A stretch of 64,000 nucleotides of DNA from an uncultured Thermus sp. (GTDB taxonomy: Bacteria; Deinococcota; Deinococci; Deinococcales; Thermaceae), in assembly GCA_947085095.1 (NCBI GenBank), contig CAMTVD010000002.1, positions 13,632 through 77,631 of the forward strand. The letters run 5' to 3'. The notes beneath the pieces were generated by a model. The model had not been told where the DNA came from, ran no database searches, and saw only the letters and a program-made list of their open reading frames with translations. The number at the start of each line of letters is the position of its first letter. The stretch's first letter is position 1. The translations under genes were made by a program, and so were the position numbers. Positions 1 to 16,961 of this stretch are shown here, piece by piece.

Positions 1-54
1 TGAAGTATAAGGCAAAGGCCGGGGACCCCTAGGCCCCCGGCCTGGCCAAGCGCC

Positions 55-1179
<1,125 letters not shown>

Positions 1180-1230
1180 CTTTAACCTCCCTTGGCTCGT
1201 CGCCGGAGGTTATTATACCCGTCCGGGTAA

Positions 1231-4064
<2,834 letters not shown>

Positions 4065-4078
4065 GCCCCTAAGTCTAC

Positions 4079-4107
4079 TTGCCTCCCCGCCCTTTCCCCG
4101 CTACCCT
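4079..4107 (+). promoter_or_regulatory. sigma70-type promoter of the trpBA leader
   Basis: TTGCCT (4079-4084), 17-bp spacer, TACCCT (4102-4107), ATG 6 nt downstream. Confidence 0.7.
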
Positions 4108-4113
4108 TAGGGC

Positions 4114-4161
4114 ATGCGGGCCAGGACCCCCTTTGCCTTCAAGCGGCGCTACCGAGCCTAG
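4114..4161 (+). CDS. putative leaderless leader peptide MRARTPFAFKRRYRA upstream of trpB
   Basis: ATG at the predicted +1, TAG at 4159-4161, followed by alternative hairpins before the trpB SD. Confidence 0.45.
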   Translation: MRARTPFAFKRRYRA

Positions 4162-4190
4162 GCTTCCGGGGCTTAGGATGGAAAGGCTAA

Positions 4191-6215
<2,025 letters not shown>

Positions 6216-6251
6216 GTACCCCACCGCGGCTTTCGCCGCGGTGGGGGCCCC
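6216..6251. repeat. perfect 12-bp-stem palindrome (REP-like element or terminator) between convergent trpA and mqnC
   Basis: GTA-CCCCACCGCGGC-TTTC-GCCGCGGTGGGG. Confidence 0.6.
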
Positions 6252-6301
6252 AAAAAAGCCCTCCCACGGCATCCCACGTCGCGAAACCAAAGCGCGGGCA
6301 C

Positions 6302-7429
6302 TTAGGCCAGGGGGAGCTCCAAAGGTTCCTTCAGGATGGCCTCGGGGTCCGGGTAGCGGAGGATGCGGTAGAGGGGGTCCCTTTCCGCGGGCCTGAACCC
6401 GGCGTCCACGATGTGGCGCACGATCTCCCGCACCGTGGCGTGGGTGCGCCCGTGCCCCCCCGCCGCCGAGACCACGTTCTCCTCCAGCATGGTGCTCCCG
6501 AAGTCGTCCGCCCCGTAGTAGAGGGCGGTCTGGGCCACCTTGAAGCCCAGGGTGGGCCAGGAGGCCTGGAAGTGGGCGAAGTTGTCCAGGGCGAGCCGGG
6601 CCACGGCCAGGGTCTTCAGGTACTCGTGGGCCGTGGCCCCCGGGGCCTTGCCCTTGAGGCGGGTGTGCTCCACCTGGAGCGTCCAGAGGGCGAAGGCGGC
6701 AAAGCCGTTCTTGTGGCGCTCCAGGGCCCTATCCTGCTGGGCCCTTAGGCCCAGGAGGTGGGCGGTGCGCTCCTCCTTGCCCTCCCCGAAGCCGATCACC
6801 ATGCTGGCCAGGGTGTAGAGGCCTAAGGCCTGGGCGGCGTCCACGATCCGGTACCAGTCCTGGGTCTTGATGCGGGCGGGGGCCGCCTTGAGGCGCACCT
6901 CGTCCACCAGGATCTCCGCCCCCGCCCCCGGCATCCCGTCCAGCCCCGCCTCCTTCATCCTCTCCAGGATGGCCTCGGCCCTAAGCCCGGTGAGCCTTTC
7001 CAGGCCCAGGATCTCCTCGGGGCTGAAGGCGTCTATGCGCAGGTCGGGGAAGCGGTCCTTGAGGAAGCGGAGGAGGTCCAGGTACCACTCCAGGGGGAGC
7101 TCGGGGTTCACCCCGCCCTGGAGGAGGATCCGCCTCCCCCCCACCCGGTAGAGCTCCACGATCTTCCCTGCGATCTCCTCAAAGCCCAGCGTGTAGGCGT
7201 CCTTCTGCCTCTTGGTGCGGTAGAAGGCGCAGAAGGCGCAGGCCACGGTGCAGACGTTGGTGTAGTTGATGTTGCGGTCAATGAGGAAGGTGACCACCTG
7301 GGGGTCGGTCTTCTTGAGGCGCACCTCGTGGGCGGCGGCGGCCAGCTCGGGCAGGGGGAGGTCAAAGAGGCTTAGCACTTCCTCTTCCGCAAGCCTCTCC
7401 CCGGCCACGGCCTTCTCCAGGACGTCCAT
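6302..7429 (-). CDS. mqnC: cyclic dehypoxanthinyl futalosine synthase (radical SAM, menaquinone futalosine pathway)
   Basis: NINYTNVCTVACAFCAF CxxxCxxC motif, PGAGAEIL, DFGSTMLEENVVSAAG; start set at the ATG 7 nt after a TAGCAT -10 box. Confidence 0.9.
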   Translation of the reverse strand: MDVLEKAVAGERLAEEEVLSLFDLPLPELAAAAHEVRLKKTDPQVVTFLIDRNINYTNVCTVACAFCAFYRTKRQKDAYTLGFEEIAGKIVELYRVGGRRILLQGGVNPELPLEWYLDLLRFLKDRFPDLRIDAFSPEEILGLERLTGLRAEAILERMKEAGLDGMPGAGAEILVDEVRLKAAPARIKTQDWYRIVDAAQALGLYTLASMVIGFGEGKEERTAHLLGLRAQQDRALERHKNGFAAFALWTLQVEHTRLKGKAPGATAHEYLKTLAVARLALDNFAHFQASWPTLGFKVAQTALYYGADDFGSTMLEENVVSAAGGHGRTHATVREIVRHIVDAGFRPAERDPLYRILRYPDPEAILKEPLELPLA

Positions 7430-7442
7430 GTTCCCCATGCTA

Positions 7443-8594
7443 TCAGAGGAGGGCACCGCCCAGTGCGGCTCCGAGAAGGGCCAGGGCCCAGGGAGGAAAG
7501 CCGAGCCGCAGGAGGCCGAAGAGGAGGAGGGCCAGGGCAAAGTCCTCCCGGCCCCGGACGGCTTCCTGAAAGAGGAGATCGTAGAGGGCGGCAAGAAGGA
7601 GGCCCGCCACCCCGGCGTTCACCCCCTGAAGGGCGCGCCGGAAAAGCGAGTTTTCCCCTAGGCGGGTCCAGAAGGGGAGGGCGGCCAGGAGGAGAAGGGT
7701 GCCCGGCAGGAAGAGGGTGAGGAGGGCAAGGAGGGCGAGGAGGGCAGAGGGTAGCCCTAGCTCCACCCGGGCACCCAGGAAGGCGGCGAAGCTGAAGAGG
7801 GGACCGGGCACGGCCTGGGCTGCCCCATAGCCCGTGAGGAAGGAACCGGCGTCCAGGAACCCGGGGACCAGGCGCTCCCCCAGGAGGGGGAGGACCACGT
7901 GGCCCCCGCCGAAGACCAGGGCTCCTGCGGTGTAGAGGGCCTTGAGGAAGCCCCAAAGGGGGTGGAGGGAGGCGAGGAGGTGGAGGAGGAGGAGTAACCC
8001 CAAGAAGGCCAGGAAGGCCAGCGCCCCGAAGGCCGCCGTGACCGGGGAAAAGAGGGCCGGGGCGAAGGCCGGGGGAGGCGGCGGGGCCTTGAGGAGGAGG
8101 CCTAGGAGCCCCGAGAGGAGGAGGGCAGGGACCTGGCCCTGGGGCCAGAGGGTGAGGAGAAAGGCGGCCAGGAGGGCGAGGGCGAAGCGGGGCCGGTCGG
8201 GGGCCAGGCTCGCCAGCATCTGCCCCACCGCCTGGGCCACCACCGCCAGGGCCAGGAGCCTGAGCCCCTGGGAGAACCCGGGGGGCGGGGACAGGGCCTC
8301 GAGGCCCACCCCGAGGAGGAAGAGGAGAAGGGCCGAGGGAAGGGTGAAACCCAGCCAGGCCAGCACCATGCCCAGGGGTCCGGCGCGGAGGAGGCCTAAA
8401 GCCATCCCCACTTGGGAGCTGGTGGGGCCGGGCAGGGCCTGGCACAGGGCCACAAGCTGGGCGTAGCCGGCCTCGGAGAGCCATCCCCGGCGCCGGACCA
8501 GGTCCTGGTGGAAGTACCCGAGGTGGGCCAGGGGACCGCCGAAGGAGGTGAGGCCCAGGCCGAGAAAGGCGCGAAACACCTCCAGGGCCCGCAC
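7443..8594 (-). CDS. chrA: chromate efflux transporter (CHR family)
   Basis: LGLTSFGGP, QALPGPTSSQ, GALVFGGGHVVLP, QAVPGPLFSF duplicated CHR motifs. Confidence 0.92.
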   Translation of the reverse strand: MRALEVFRAFLGLGLTSFGGPLAHLGYFHQDLVRRRGWLSEAGYAQLVALCQALPGPTSSQVGMALGLLRAGPLGMVLAWLGFTLPSALLLFLLGVGLEALSPPPGFSQGLRLLALAVVAQAVGQMLASLAPDRPRFALALLAAFLLTLWPQGQVPALLLSGLLGLLLKAPPPPPAFAPALFSPVTAAFGALAFLAFLGLLLLLHLLASLHPLWGFLKALYTAGALVFGGGHVVLPLLGERLVPGFLDAGSFLTGYGAAQAVPGPLFSFAAFLGARVELGLPSALLALLALLTLFLPGTLLLLAALPFWTRLGENSLFRRALQGVNAGVAGLLLAALYDLLFQEAVRGREDFALALLLFGLLRLGFPPWALALLGAALGGALL

Positions 8595-8616
8595 GGGGCC
8601 AGTATAAAATCAGGGC

Positions 8617-9101
8617 ATGGAGCTGAGGCTGATCCCCATTGAAAAGCCCGAAAACCTGAACGTCATTCTGGGCCAGGCCCACTTCATCAAGACGGTGGAG
8701 GACCTGCACGAGGCCCTGGTGACCGCGGTGCCCGGCATCCGCTTTGGCCTCGCCTTCTCCGAGGCCAGCGGCAAGCGCCTCATCCGGCATTCCGGCACCG
8801 ACCAGGCCCTCACGGAGCTGGCGGTGAAGAACCTCCTCAACCTGGCCTCAGGCCACACCTTCCTCATCGTCCTGGGGGAGGGGTTTTACCCCATCAACGT
8901 CCTGCACGCGGTGAAGGCCTGCCCCGAGGTGGTGCGCATCTTCGCCGCCACCGCCAACCCCCTCAAGGTGGTGGTGGCCGAGGAGGGGGAGCAGAGGGCC
9001 ATCCTGGGGGTCATGGACGGCTTCAAGCCCCTGGGGGTGGAGGACGAGGCCGAGGTGGCCTGGCGCAAGGACCTCCTCCGCCGCTTCGGCTACAAGCTAT
9101 A

Positions 9102-9102
<1 letters not shown>
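8617..9102 (+). CDS. adenosine-specific kinase / DUF355 family protein
   Basis: NVILGQAHFIKTVEDL, FAATANP, GVMDG motifs. Confidence 0.85.
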
Positions 9103-10260
<1,158 letters not shown>

Positions 10261-10276
10261 GTGTACAATGCCTGGC

Positions 10277-10300
10277 ATGAAGGGTATGCCCCCGGGCTAG
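10277..10300 (+). CDS. putative leaderless leader peptide MKGMPPG upstream of metG
   Basis: TACAAT at 10264-10269, ATG 7 nt later, second Met codon, TAG at 10298-10300. Confidence 0.5.
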   Translation: MKGMPPG

Positions 10301-10319
10301 GGCGGGGGAGCCTCCCCGC

Positions 10320-10345
10320 CCGGGGCGCGTGCCCCGGTTTTTTTT
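10320..10345 (+). terminator. intrinsic terminator (attenuator) in the metG leader
   Basis: CCGGGGC-GCGT-GCCCCGG followed by T8, immediately before the metG SD. Confidence 0.8.
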
Positions 10346-10347
10346 GA

Positions 10348-12213
<1,866 letters not shown>

Positions 12214-12217
12214 AGGA

Positions 12218-12250
12218 AGGGGCCGGGCAAGCCCGGCCCCTAAGCTTTTT
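12218..12250. terminator. hairpin terminator between convergent metG and S41 protease
   Basis: AGGGGCCGGGC-AA-GCCCGGCCCCT, with a T-run shortly after. Confidence 0.75.
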
Positions 12251-12253
12251 CCC

Positions 12254-13573
12254 CTACTTCCCCAGGACCTCGAGGGCCTTCTTCAGGATGGCGTCCTTCT
12301 CCAGGTCCAGGACCGCCTGGCCCCGATCCTCGGGCAGGGGGCGCTGGCGCTGGGGCTCAGCGTAGGTGAACTTGCCCTCTTGATCGGCCTTCAGCTTCAC
12401 GGTCCTGCCGTTCAGGGTCACGGTCACCTCGGCCCCGGGCGGGGCCCCGGCCCCTTGAAGGGAGAAGGGGGTGGGGAAGCGGGTGTCCTTGACCTCTATG
12501 TCGGGCTTCAGCCCCTCCTTGTTGATGGCCCGGCGCTTGGGGGTGAGCCACTCAAAGGTGACCAGGGTGAGCTCCCCGCCGTTGGCCAGGGTGTAGGGGG
12601 TCTGGCCCACGCCCTTGCCGAAGGTCTTCTCCCCGATCACCTGGGCCCGGCCGTAGTCCTGCAGGGCCCCAGCCACGATCTCGCTGGCGGAGGCAGAGTT
12701 TCCGTTCACCAGGACCACCATGGGGCCGTCCCAGAGGGGCCTGCCCGAGGCCTCGCACCACACCCGGGTCAGGTTCTTGGTGCGGGTATAGACGATGGGA
12801 CCCTCCTTGAGGAAGGCGCTGGCCACGGCGCATCCCTGGTCCAGGAGGCCGCCCCCGTTGTCCCGGAGGTCAAAGATGAGCTTCTTGACCCCTTGGTCCT
12901 TCAGCTCCTGGATGGCCTTTCTGACCTGGTCCTCTACCTTGAAGGTGCCGAAGGTCTCCAGGGCGATGTAGCCCACCTCCCCGATCCTTCCCGTGGAGAC
13001 GGCGATGATCTCCACCTTCTCCCGGATGAGCTCAAAGACCAGGGGGGTGGGTACCCCTTCCCGCCGCACCTTGATGGTGACCTTGGTACCCTCGCGCCCC
13101 CGGATGCGGGCCACCACCTCCTGCAGGGGGAGGCCCGTCACGTCCACCCCGTCCACCTCCAGGATCACGTCTCCCGCCCGCATCCCGGCCCGTTGCGCGG
13201 GCAGGCCCTTCATCACCCCCTCAATCCGGGCCCCGGTGCCATCGGGGTTGGCGGGGGTGAGGGTGGCCCCGATGCCGAAGAACTCGCCCCGGAGGTCCTC
13301 CTGCCTCAGGCTTGCCCTCTGGGGCGGGGAGTAGCTCACGAAAGGATCCTTGAGGGCGGAGATCATCCCGCCGATGGCCCCTTCCAGAAGGGCGTTGAGC
13401 CTTTCCCTGGGCAGGGACTCCAGGTAGTCCTGCTGGATCCTCTGGTAGACCTCCAAGAGGGCCTGGCCGTTAGGGTTTTGCAGAAGGTTTTCCGCCTGGG
13501 GGCGGGGGAGCTGGGCGTACACTAGGGCCAAAAGCACCCCAAGCCCCACCAAAAACCATGCGCTTCGTTTCAT
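12254..13573 (-). CDS. C-terminal processing peptidase, S41 family (CtpA-like, PDZ)
   Basis: DLRDNGGGLL, NSASASEIVAGALQD, TFGKGVGQ; N-terminal signal/anchor. Confidence 0.93.
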   Translation of the reverse strand: MKRSAWFLVGLGVLLALVYAQLPRPQAENLLQNPNGQALLEVYQRIQQDYLESLPRERLNALLEGAIGGMISALKDPFVSYSPPQRASLRQEDLRGEFFGIGATLTPANPDGTGARIEGVMKGLPAQRAGMRAGDVILEVDGVDVTGLPLQEVVARIRGREGTKVTIKVRREGVPTPLVFELIREKVEIIAVSTGRIGEVGYIALETFGTFKVEDQVRKAIQELKDQGVKKLIFDLRDNGGGLLDQGCAVASAFLKEGPIVYTRTKNLTRVWCEASGRPLWDGPMVVLVNGNSASASEIVAGALQDYGRAQVIGEKTFGKGVGQTPYTLANGGELTLVTFEWLTPKRRAINKEGLKPDIEVKDTRFPTPFSLQGAGAPPGAEVTVTLNGRTVKLKADQEGKFTYAEPQRQRPLPEDRGQAVLDLEKDAILKKALEVLGK

Positions 13574-13645
13574 CCTCTCCCTCACTCGCCTTCACTATAG
13601 CGCGTCTCCATGAGAAGGGAACGTGATTCGCCTTATAGTGGGGGC

Positions 13646-14374
13646 ATGATCGCCTTCCACCGGGTGAGCCTGGCGTACCCGCGGACGGGGACCAAGGCCC
13701 TTTACAACGTGAGCCTTGAGGTCAAGAAGGGGGAGTTCGTCTACGTGGTGGGCCACTCGGGGGCGGGGAAGTCCACCCTCCTGGCCCTCATCCTCAGGCG
13801 GCTTCTACCCACCCAGGGGGCGGTCTACGTGGCCGGGCAGAACCTGAAGGCCCTAAAGGGGGACGCCATCGCCCTCCACCGCCGCCGCATCGGCATGGTC
13901 TTCCAGGACCACCGCCTGCTTTCCGACATGACCGTGGAGGAGAACCTGGCCTTTGTCCTCCAGGTGCAGGGGGTGCCCGCCAGAGAGTGGCCGGAAAGGG
14001 TGGCCACGGCCCTGCGCCGGGTGGGGCTATTCCACAAGAAGCGGGCCTTTCCCGAGGAGCTTTCCGTGGGGGAGGCCCAGCGGGTGGCCCTGGCCCGGGC
14101 CCTCCTCCTGGACCCCCCGGTGATCCTGGCCGATGAGCCCACGGGCAACCTGGACCCCGAGAACGCCCTCCAGGTTTTGGACATCCTCAAATCGGCTCAC
14201 CAAAGGGGGGCCACGGTGATGGTGGCCACCCACAGCCGGGAGCTCCTGGAGGCCTACCCGGCCCGGGTGGTGGTGCTGAAGGCGGGCCAGGTGGTGCGGG
14301 ACGAGCGTCCCGGGGAAGGTGGTAGCATAAGGGTAAGGGAAAGCCCTGACCGGGGCGGAAAGGAGGAGGCATGA
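13646..14374 (+). CDS. ftsE: cell division ATP-binding protein FtsE
   Basis: GHSGAGKST, GMVFQDHRLL, ADEPTGNLD; TATAGT 6 nt before ATG 13646. Confidence 0.9.
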   Translation: MIAFHRVSLAYPRTGTKALYNVSLEVKKGEFVYVVGHSGAGKSTLLALILRRLLPTQGAVYVAGQNLKALKGDAIALHRRRIGMVFQDHRLLSDMTVEENLAFVLQVQGVPAREWPERVATALRRVGLFHKKRAFPEELSVGEAQRVALARALLLDPPVILADEPTGNLDPENALQVLDILKSAHQRGATVMVATHSRELLEAYPARVVVLKAGQVVRDERPGEGGSIRVRESPDRGGKEEA

Positions 14375-14931
14375 ACGTCTACAAGCTCATCGGCCGCAAC
14401 CTGGAGATCACCGACGCCATCCGGGACTACGTGGAGAAGAAGCTTTCCCGCCTGGACCGCTACCAGAACGGCGAGCTCATGGCCAAGGTGGTTCTCTCCC
14501 TGGCAGGTAGCGCCCACGTGGAGAGGAAGGCCAAGGCCGAGGTCCAGCTTGACCTCCCCGGGGGGCTTCTAAGGGTGGAGGAGGAGGACCAGGACCTCTA
14601 CGCCGCCATTGACCGCATGGTGGACCGGCTGGAAGTCCAGCTGAAGCGCTACCGGGAGCGCCGCTTCGTGGGCAAGCGCCACTCCTACCAGGGCCCCCCG
14701 CCGCCCGAGGTTCGGGACATGGAAGCCCTGCGCAAGCCCGAGGAGGAGGAGGGCCCCAGGATCGTCCGGGTCAAGCGCTTTGAGATGAGACCCATGGACC
14801 CCGAGGAGGCCGTCTTCCAGATGGAGGCCCTGGGGCACGACTTCTTCGTCTTCCGCAACGCCAAGACTGAGGAGATCAGCGTGGTCTACCGTCGCAAGGA
14901 CGGGAACTACGGCCTCATTGAGCCCGCTTGA
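14371..14931 (+). CDS. hpf: long-form ribosome hibernation promoting factor
   Basis: GRNLEITDAIRDYVEKKL, DLYAAID, C-terminal PMDPEEAVFQMEALGHDFFVF...YRRKDGNYGLIEP. Confidence 0.95.
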   Translation: MNVYKLIGRNLEITDAIRDYVEKKLSRLDRYQNGELMAKVVLSLAGSAHVERKAKAEVQLDLPGGLLRVEEEDQDLYAAIDRMVDRLEVQLKRYRERRFVGKRHSYQGPPPPEVRDMEALRKPEEEEGPRIVRVKRFEMRPMDPEEAVFQMEALGHDFFVFRNAKTEEISVVYRRKDGNYGLIEPA

Positions 14932-14943
14932 GTTAGAGAAGCC

Positions 14944-14976
14944 GCCCTGGGGGTCTGGCCCCCAGGGCCGTTCTTT
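14944..14976 (+). terminator. intrinsic terminator after hpf
   Basis: GCCCTGGGGG-TCTGG-CCCCCAGGGC followed by CGTTCTTT. Confidence 0.75.
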
Positions 14977-14990
14977 GCTGAAAGCGGGCC

Positions 14991-16310
14991 TTAAGGCTTG
15001 GTGGCTTGGGTCCCCAGGTGGCTGCGGCGTGCTACCTCTGCGCTTAGTTGCGCCTGCCTGGCGAAGTCTATGGCTTCGGCCAAAATCCTAGCTGCTTCCT
15101 GGGGGCTGTGGAAGCCCATGCTGTTCTCGCTGATGATGAAATCCCAACGCATCTGCGCACGGCGGTGCAAACGTTGCGCCTCCGCAAGAGCTTCCTCCGG
15201 TACCCCTGCTTCTTTGGCCGCGACAATGGTGTCTATGGCATCCTTGAGGGCTGCTTCAGACTTCTTGAGGAGTTCCGCAGTGCGCTTCTGGATGGAGAGG
15301 ACCAGGTTACGGAGCTGTTCCTCAGGGATGCGGTGGCAGTTCTGGCAGGCGTTGGTCAGATTCGTGAGGGGGCTGCGGACCCAATGATCGCTAATCTTGA
15401 TGCCCCCTACGCGCACGTAGGGCATATGGCAGTCGGCGCAGGCCACACCCCGCTGGTAGTGAACGCTGGTGACGAAGAGCTCGTACTCCGGATGCTGAAT
15501 CTTGATCATGGGGGCTCCTGTGAGGGCGTGCTTCCAGTCAGCGAAGCCATAGGTGTCGTAGTGCTCCTCAATGGCTTCAATGGAAAGTCCCTTGGACCAG
15601 GGGAAGACGAGCTCGCGTTCAGGTCCCCTAAAGTAATACTCCACGTGGCACTGGGCACAGACCAGGCTACGCATCTCCTGCCGGGAGAGCTTGCGCCAAT
15701 CGCGTCCTTGGGCCTCCAAAGCCGCAATCAGAGCCGGGCGGGTAATGCGTAGGGCCATGGTGGTGGGATCATGGCAGTCGGCGCATGTGATCCCGCGGAG
15801 GGAAATGCGGTCCTTTAGCTCTTTGTAAGGGGTGCGGTTAATCTCCGCCCAGTCCATTTGGGTCATGAGGTGCAGGAAATCCCCCGAGTGACAATTGACG
15901 CAAGCCCCTGGCTGGTTAAACTCGGTGGCGCGCTTGGTGTTCCTCTGGTCTATTTGCGCGTAATGGTGGCCCCGATCTTCGTTGTAATCCACGCTAAAGG
16001 GCATGTTAGCCCAGGCGATGCGCTTGAAAGGGTTGGCTTCCAGCTTGTTCTGAGGGGGATCGGTAGCGCCGCCACCGTAGGGGGTGCTACCGTAAGGCGT
16101 TTGGGTCAGCTGGTGGCGCTCAAGATGACGAGGAAAGTTGATGCCCCACTTCTCTTCATCCACCTCGTTCTCGCCAATCTCCACGAGGCGCAGGGGATAC
16201 CGTTCCCCCTCGGCTTTTTGCCGGATAACGTTGGCCAGCACCAGTCCGATGCCGATGCCGACCAGCACGAAGGCGCCGATAATCCCGATAATGACCAAGC
16301 GTTGCCTCAT
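14991..16310 (-). CDS. nrfA: pentaheme cytochrome c nitrite reductase, ammonia-forming, CXXCH-type heme 1
   Basis: Five heme motifs (CVNCH, CADCH, CAQCH, CADCH, CQNCH), DYNEDRGHHY, CAQCHVEYYF, KIQHPEYE, ENSMGFHSP. Confidence 0.95.
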   Translation of the reverse strand: MRQRLVIIGIIGAFVLVGIGIGLVLANVIRQKAEGERYPLRLVEIGENEVDEEKWGINFPRHLERHQLTQTPYGSTPYGGGATDPPQNKLEANPFKRIAWANMPFSVDYNEDRGHHYAQIDQRNTKRATEFNQPGACVNCHSGDFLHLMTQMDWAEINRTPYKELKDRISLRGITCADCHDPTTMALRITRPALIAALEAQGRDWRKLSRQEMRSLVCAQCHVEYYFRGPERELVFPWSKGLSIEAIEEHYDTYGFADWKHALTGAPMIKIQHPEYELFVTSVHYQRGVACADCHMPYVRVGGIKISDHWVRSPLTNLTNACQNCHRIPEEQLRNLVLSIQKRTAELLKKSEAALKDAIDTIVAAKEAGVPEEALAEAQRLHRRAQMRWDFIISENSMGFHSPQEAARILAEAIDFARQAQLSAEVARRSHLGTQATKP

Positions 16311-16322
16311 ACTCCTCCCCTC

Positions 16323-16796
16323 CTACTTATTGGCCCGGTGCCCCACGTTGCCGTGGCAGCGCGTGCAGGCCATGCTCACCAGATCCTTGGGGTCAAGGCC
16401 CATGTGGCTCACGATTTCGCTATGGCAAGCGACGCAATTTTTGAGGGCTATATTGAGGTTAGCCTCCTTGATGAAGATGGGGTCCCTGTAGTTGCCGGTG
16501 GTAAAGGCAACGGAGTGGAACCACCCGTTGAGGGCTTTGGTATACCATTTGCCAAAGAAACCTTTCGGGGTGTGGCAGCTGTTACAGTTTGTGTGGGGGC
16601 GATGGCTGGAGTGCAGAAACGATTCGTAGTGCTCTCGCATCACGTGACAGTTGGCGCAGGCGGCGGGGTCATCGCTAAGGTATGAGTACCCACGCGCCTC
16701 ATAGAAGGTGTAGGCGCCGAAGCCCAGGACGAAACCGAAGAGCGCTGCTACTATTGCGCCTGCTGCCGATAAGCCCAGGGTCCGTTTTGTGATCAT
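16323..16796 (-). CDS. nrfH: cytochrome c nitrite reductase small subunit (tetraheme quinol dehydrogenase)
   Basis: N-terminal TM helix, SYLSDDPAACANCHVM, four CXXCH motifs, C-terminal VGH; SD GGAGG. Confidence 0.95.
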   Translation of the reverse strand: MITKRTLGLSAAGAIVAALFGFVLGFGAYTFYEARGYSYLSDDPAACANCHVMREHYESFLHSSHRPHTNCNSCHTPKGFFGKWYTKALNGWFHSVAFTTGNYRDPIFIKEANLNIALKNCVACHSEIVSHMGLDPKDLVSMACTRCHGNVGHRANK

Positions 16797-16816
16797 GAGG
16801 GCGCCTCCCAAAGGCA

Positions 16817-16859
16817 ACTATTGCGTTCAAGCCAGAGCCTGTCAAGGGACTGAAGTCCT
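16817..16859 (-). promoter_or_regulatory. putative nrfHA promoter with an upstream palindromic activator site
   Basis: TTGACA (16845-16840), 17-bp spacer, AATAGT (16822-16817); GGGACT-GA-AGTCCT palindrome at 16846-16859 abuts the -35. Confidence 0.5.
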
Positions 16860-16961
16860 GGGTCACAGGTAAGCGTGATTCCCGGACGTGTAGGGCATTC
16901 TATGCAAGGACCTCGGTTGGTAAGGTTTCTTTGCCCGGGTTTGGGATGCAGGCTTATTGGG

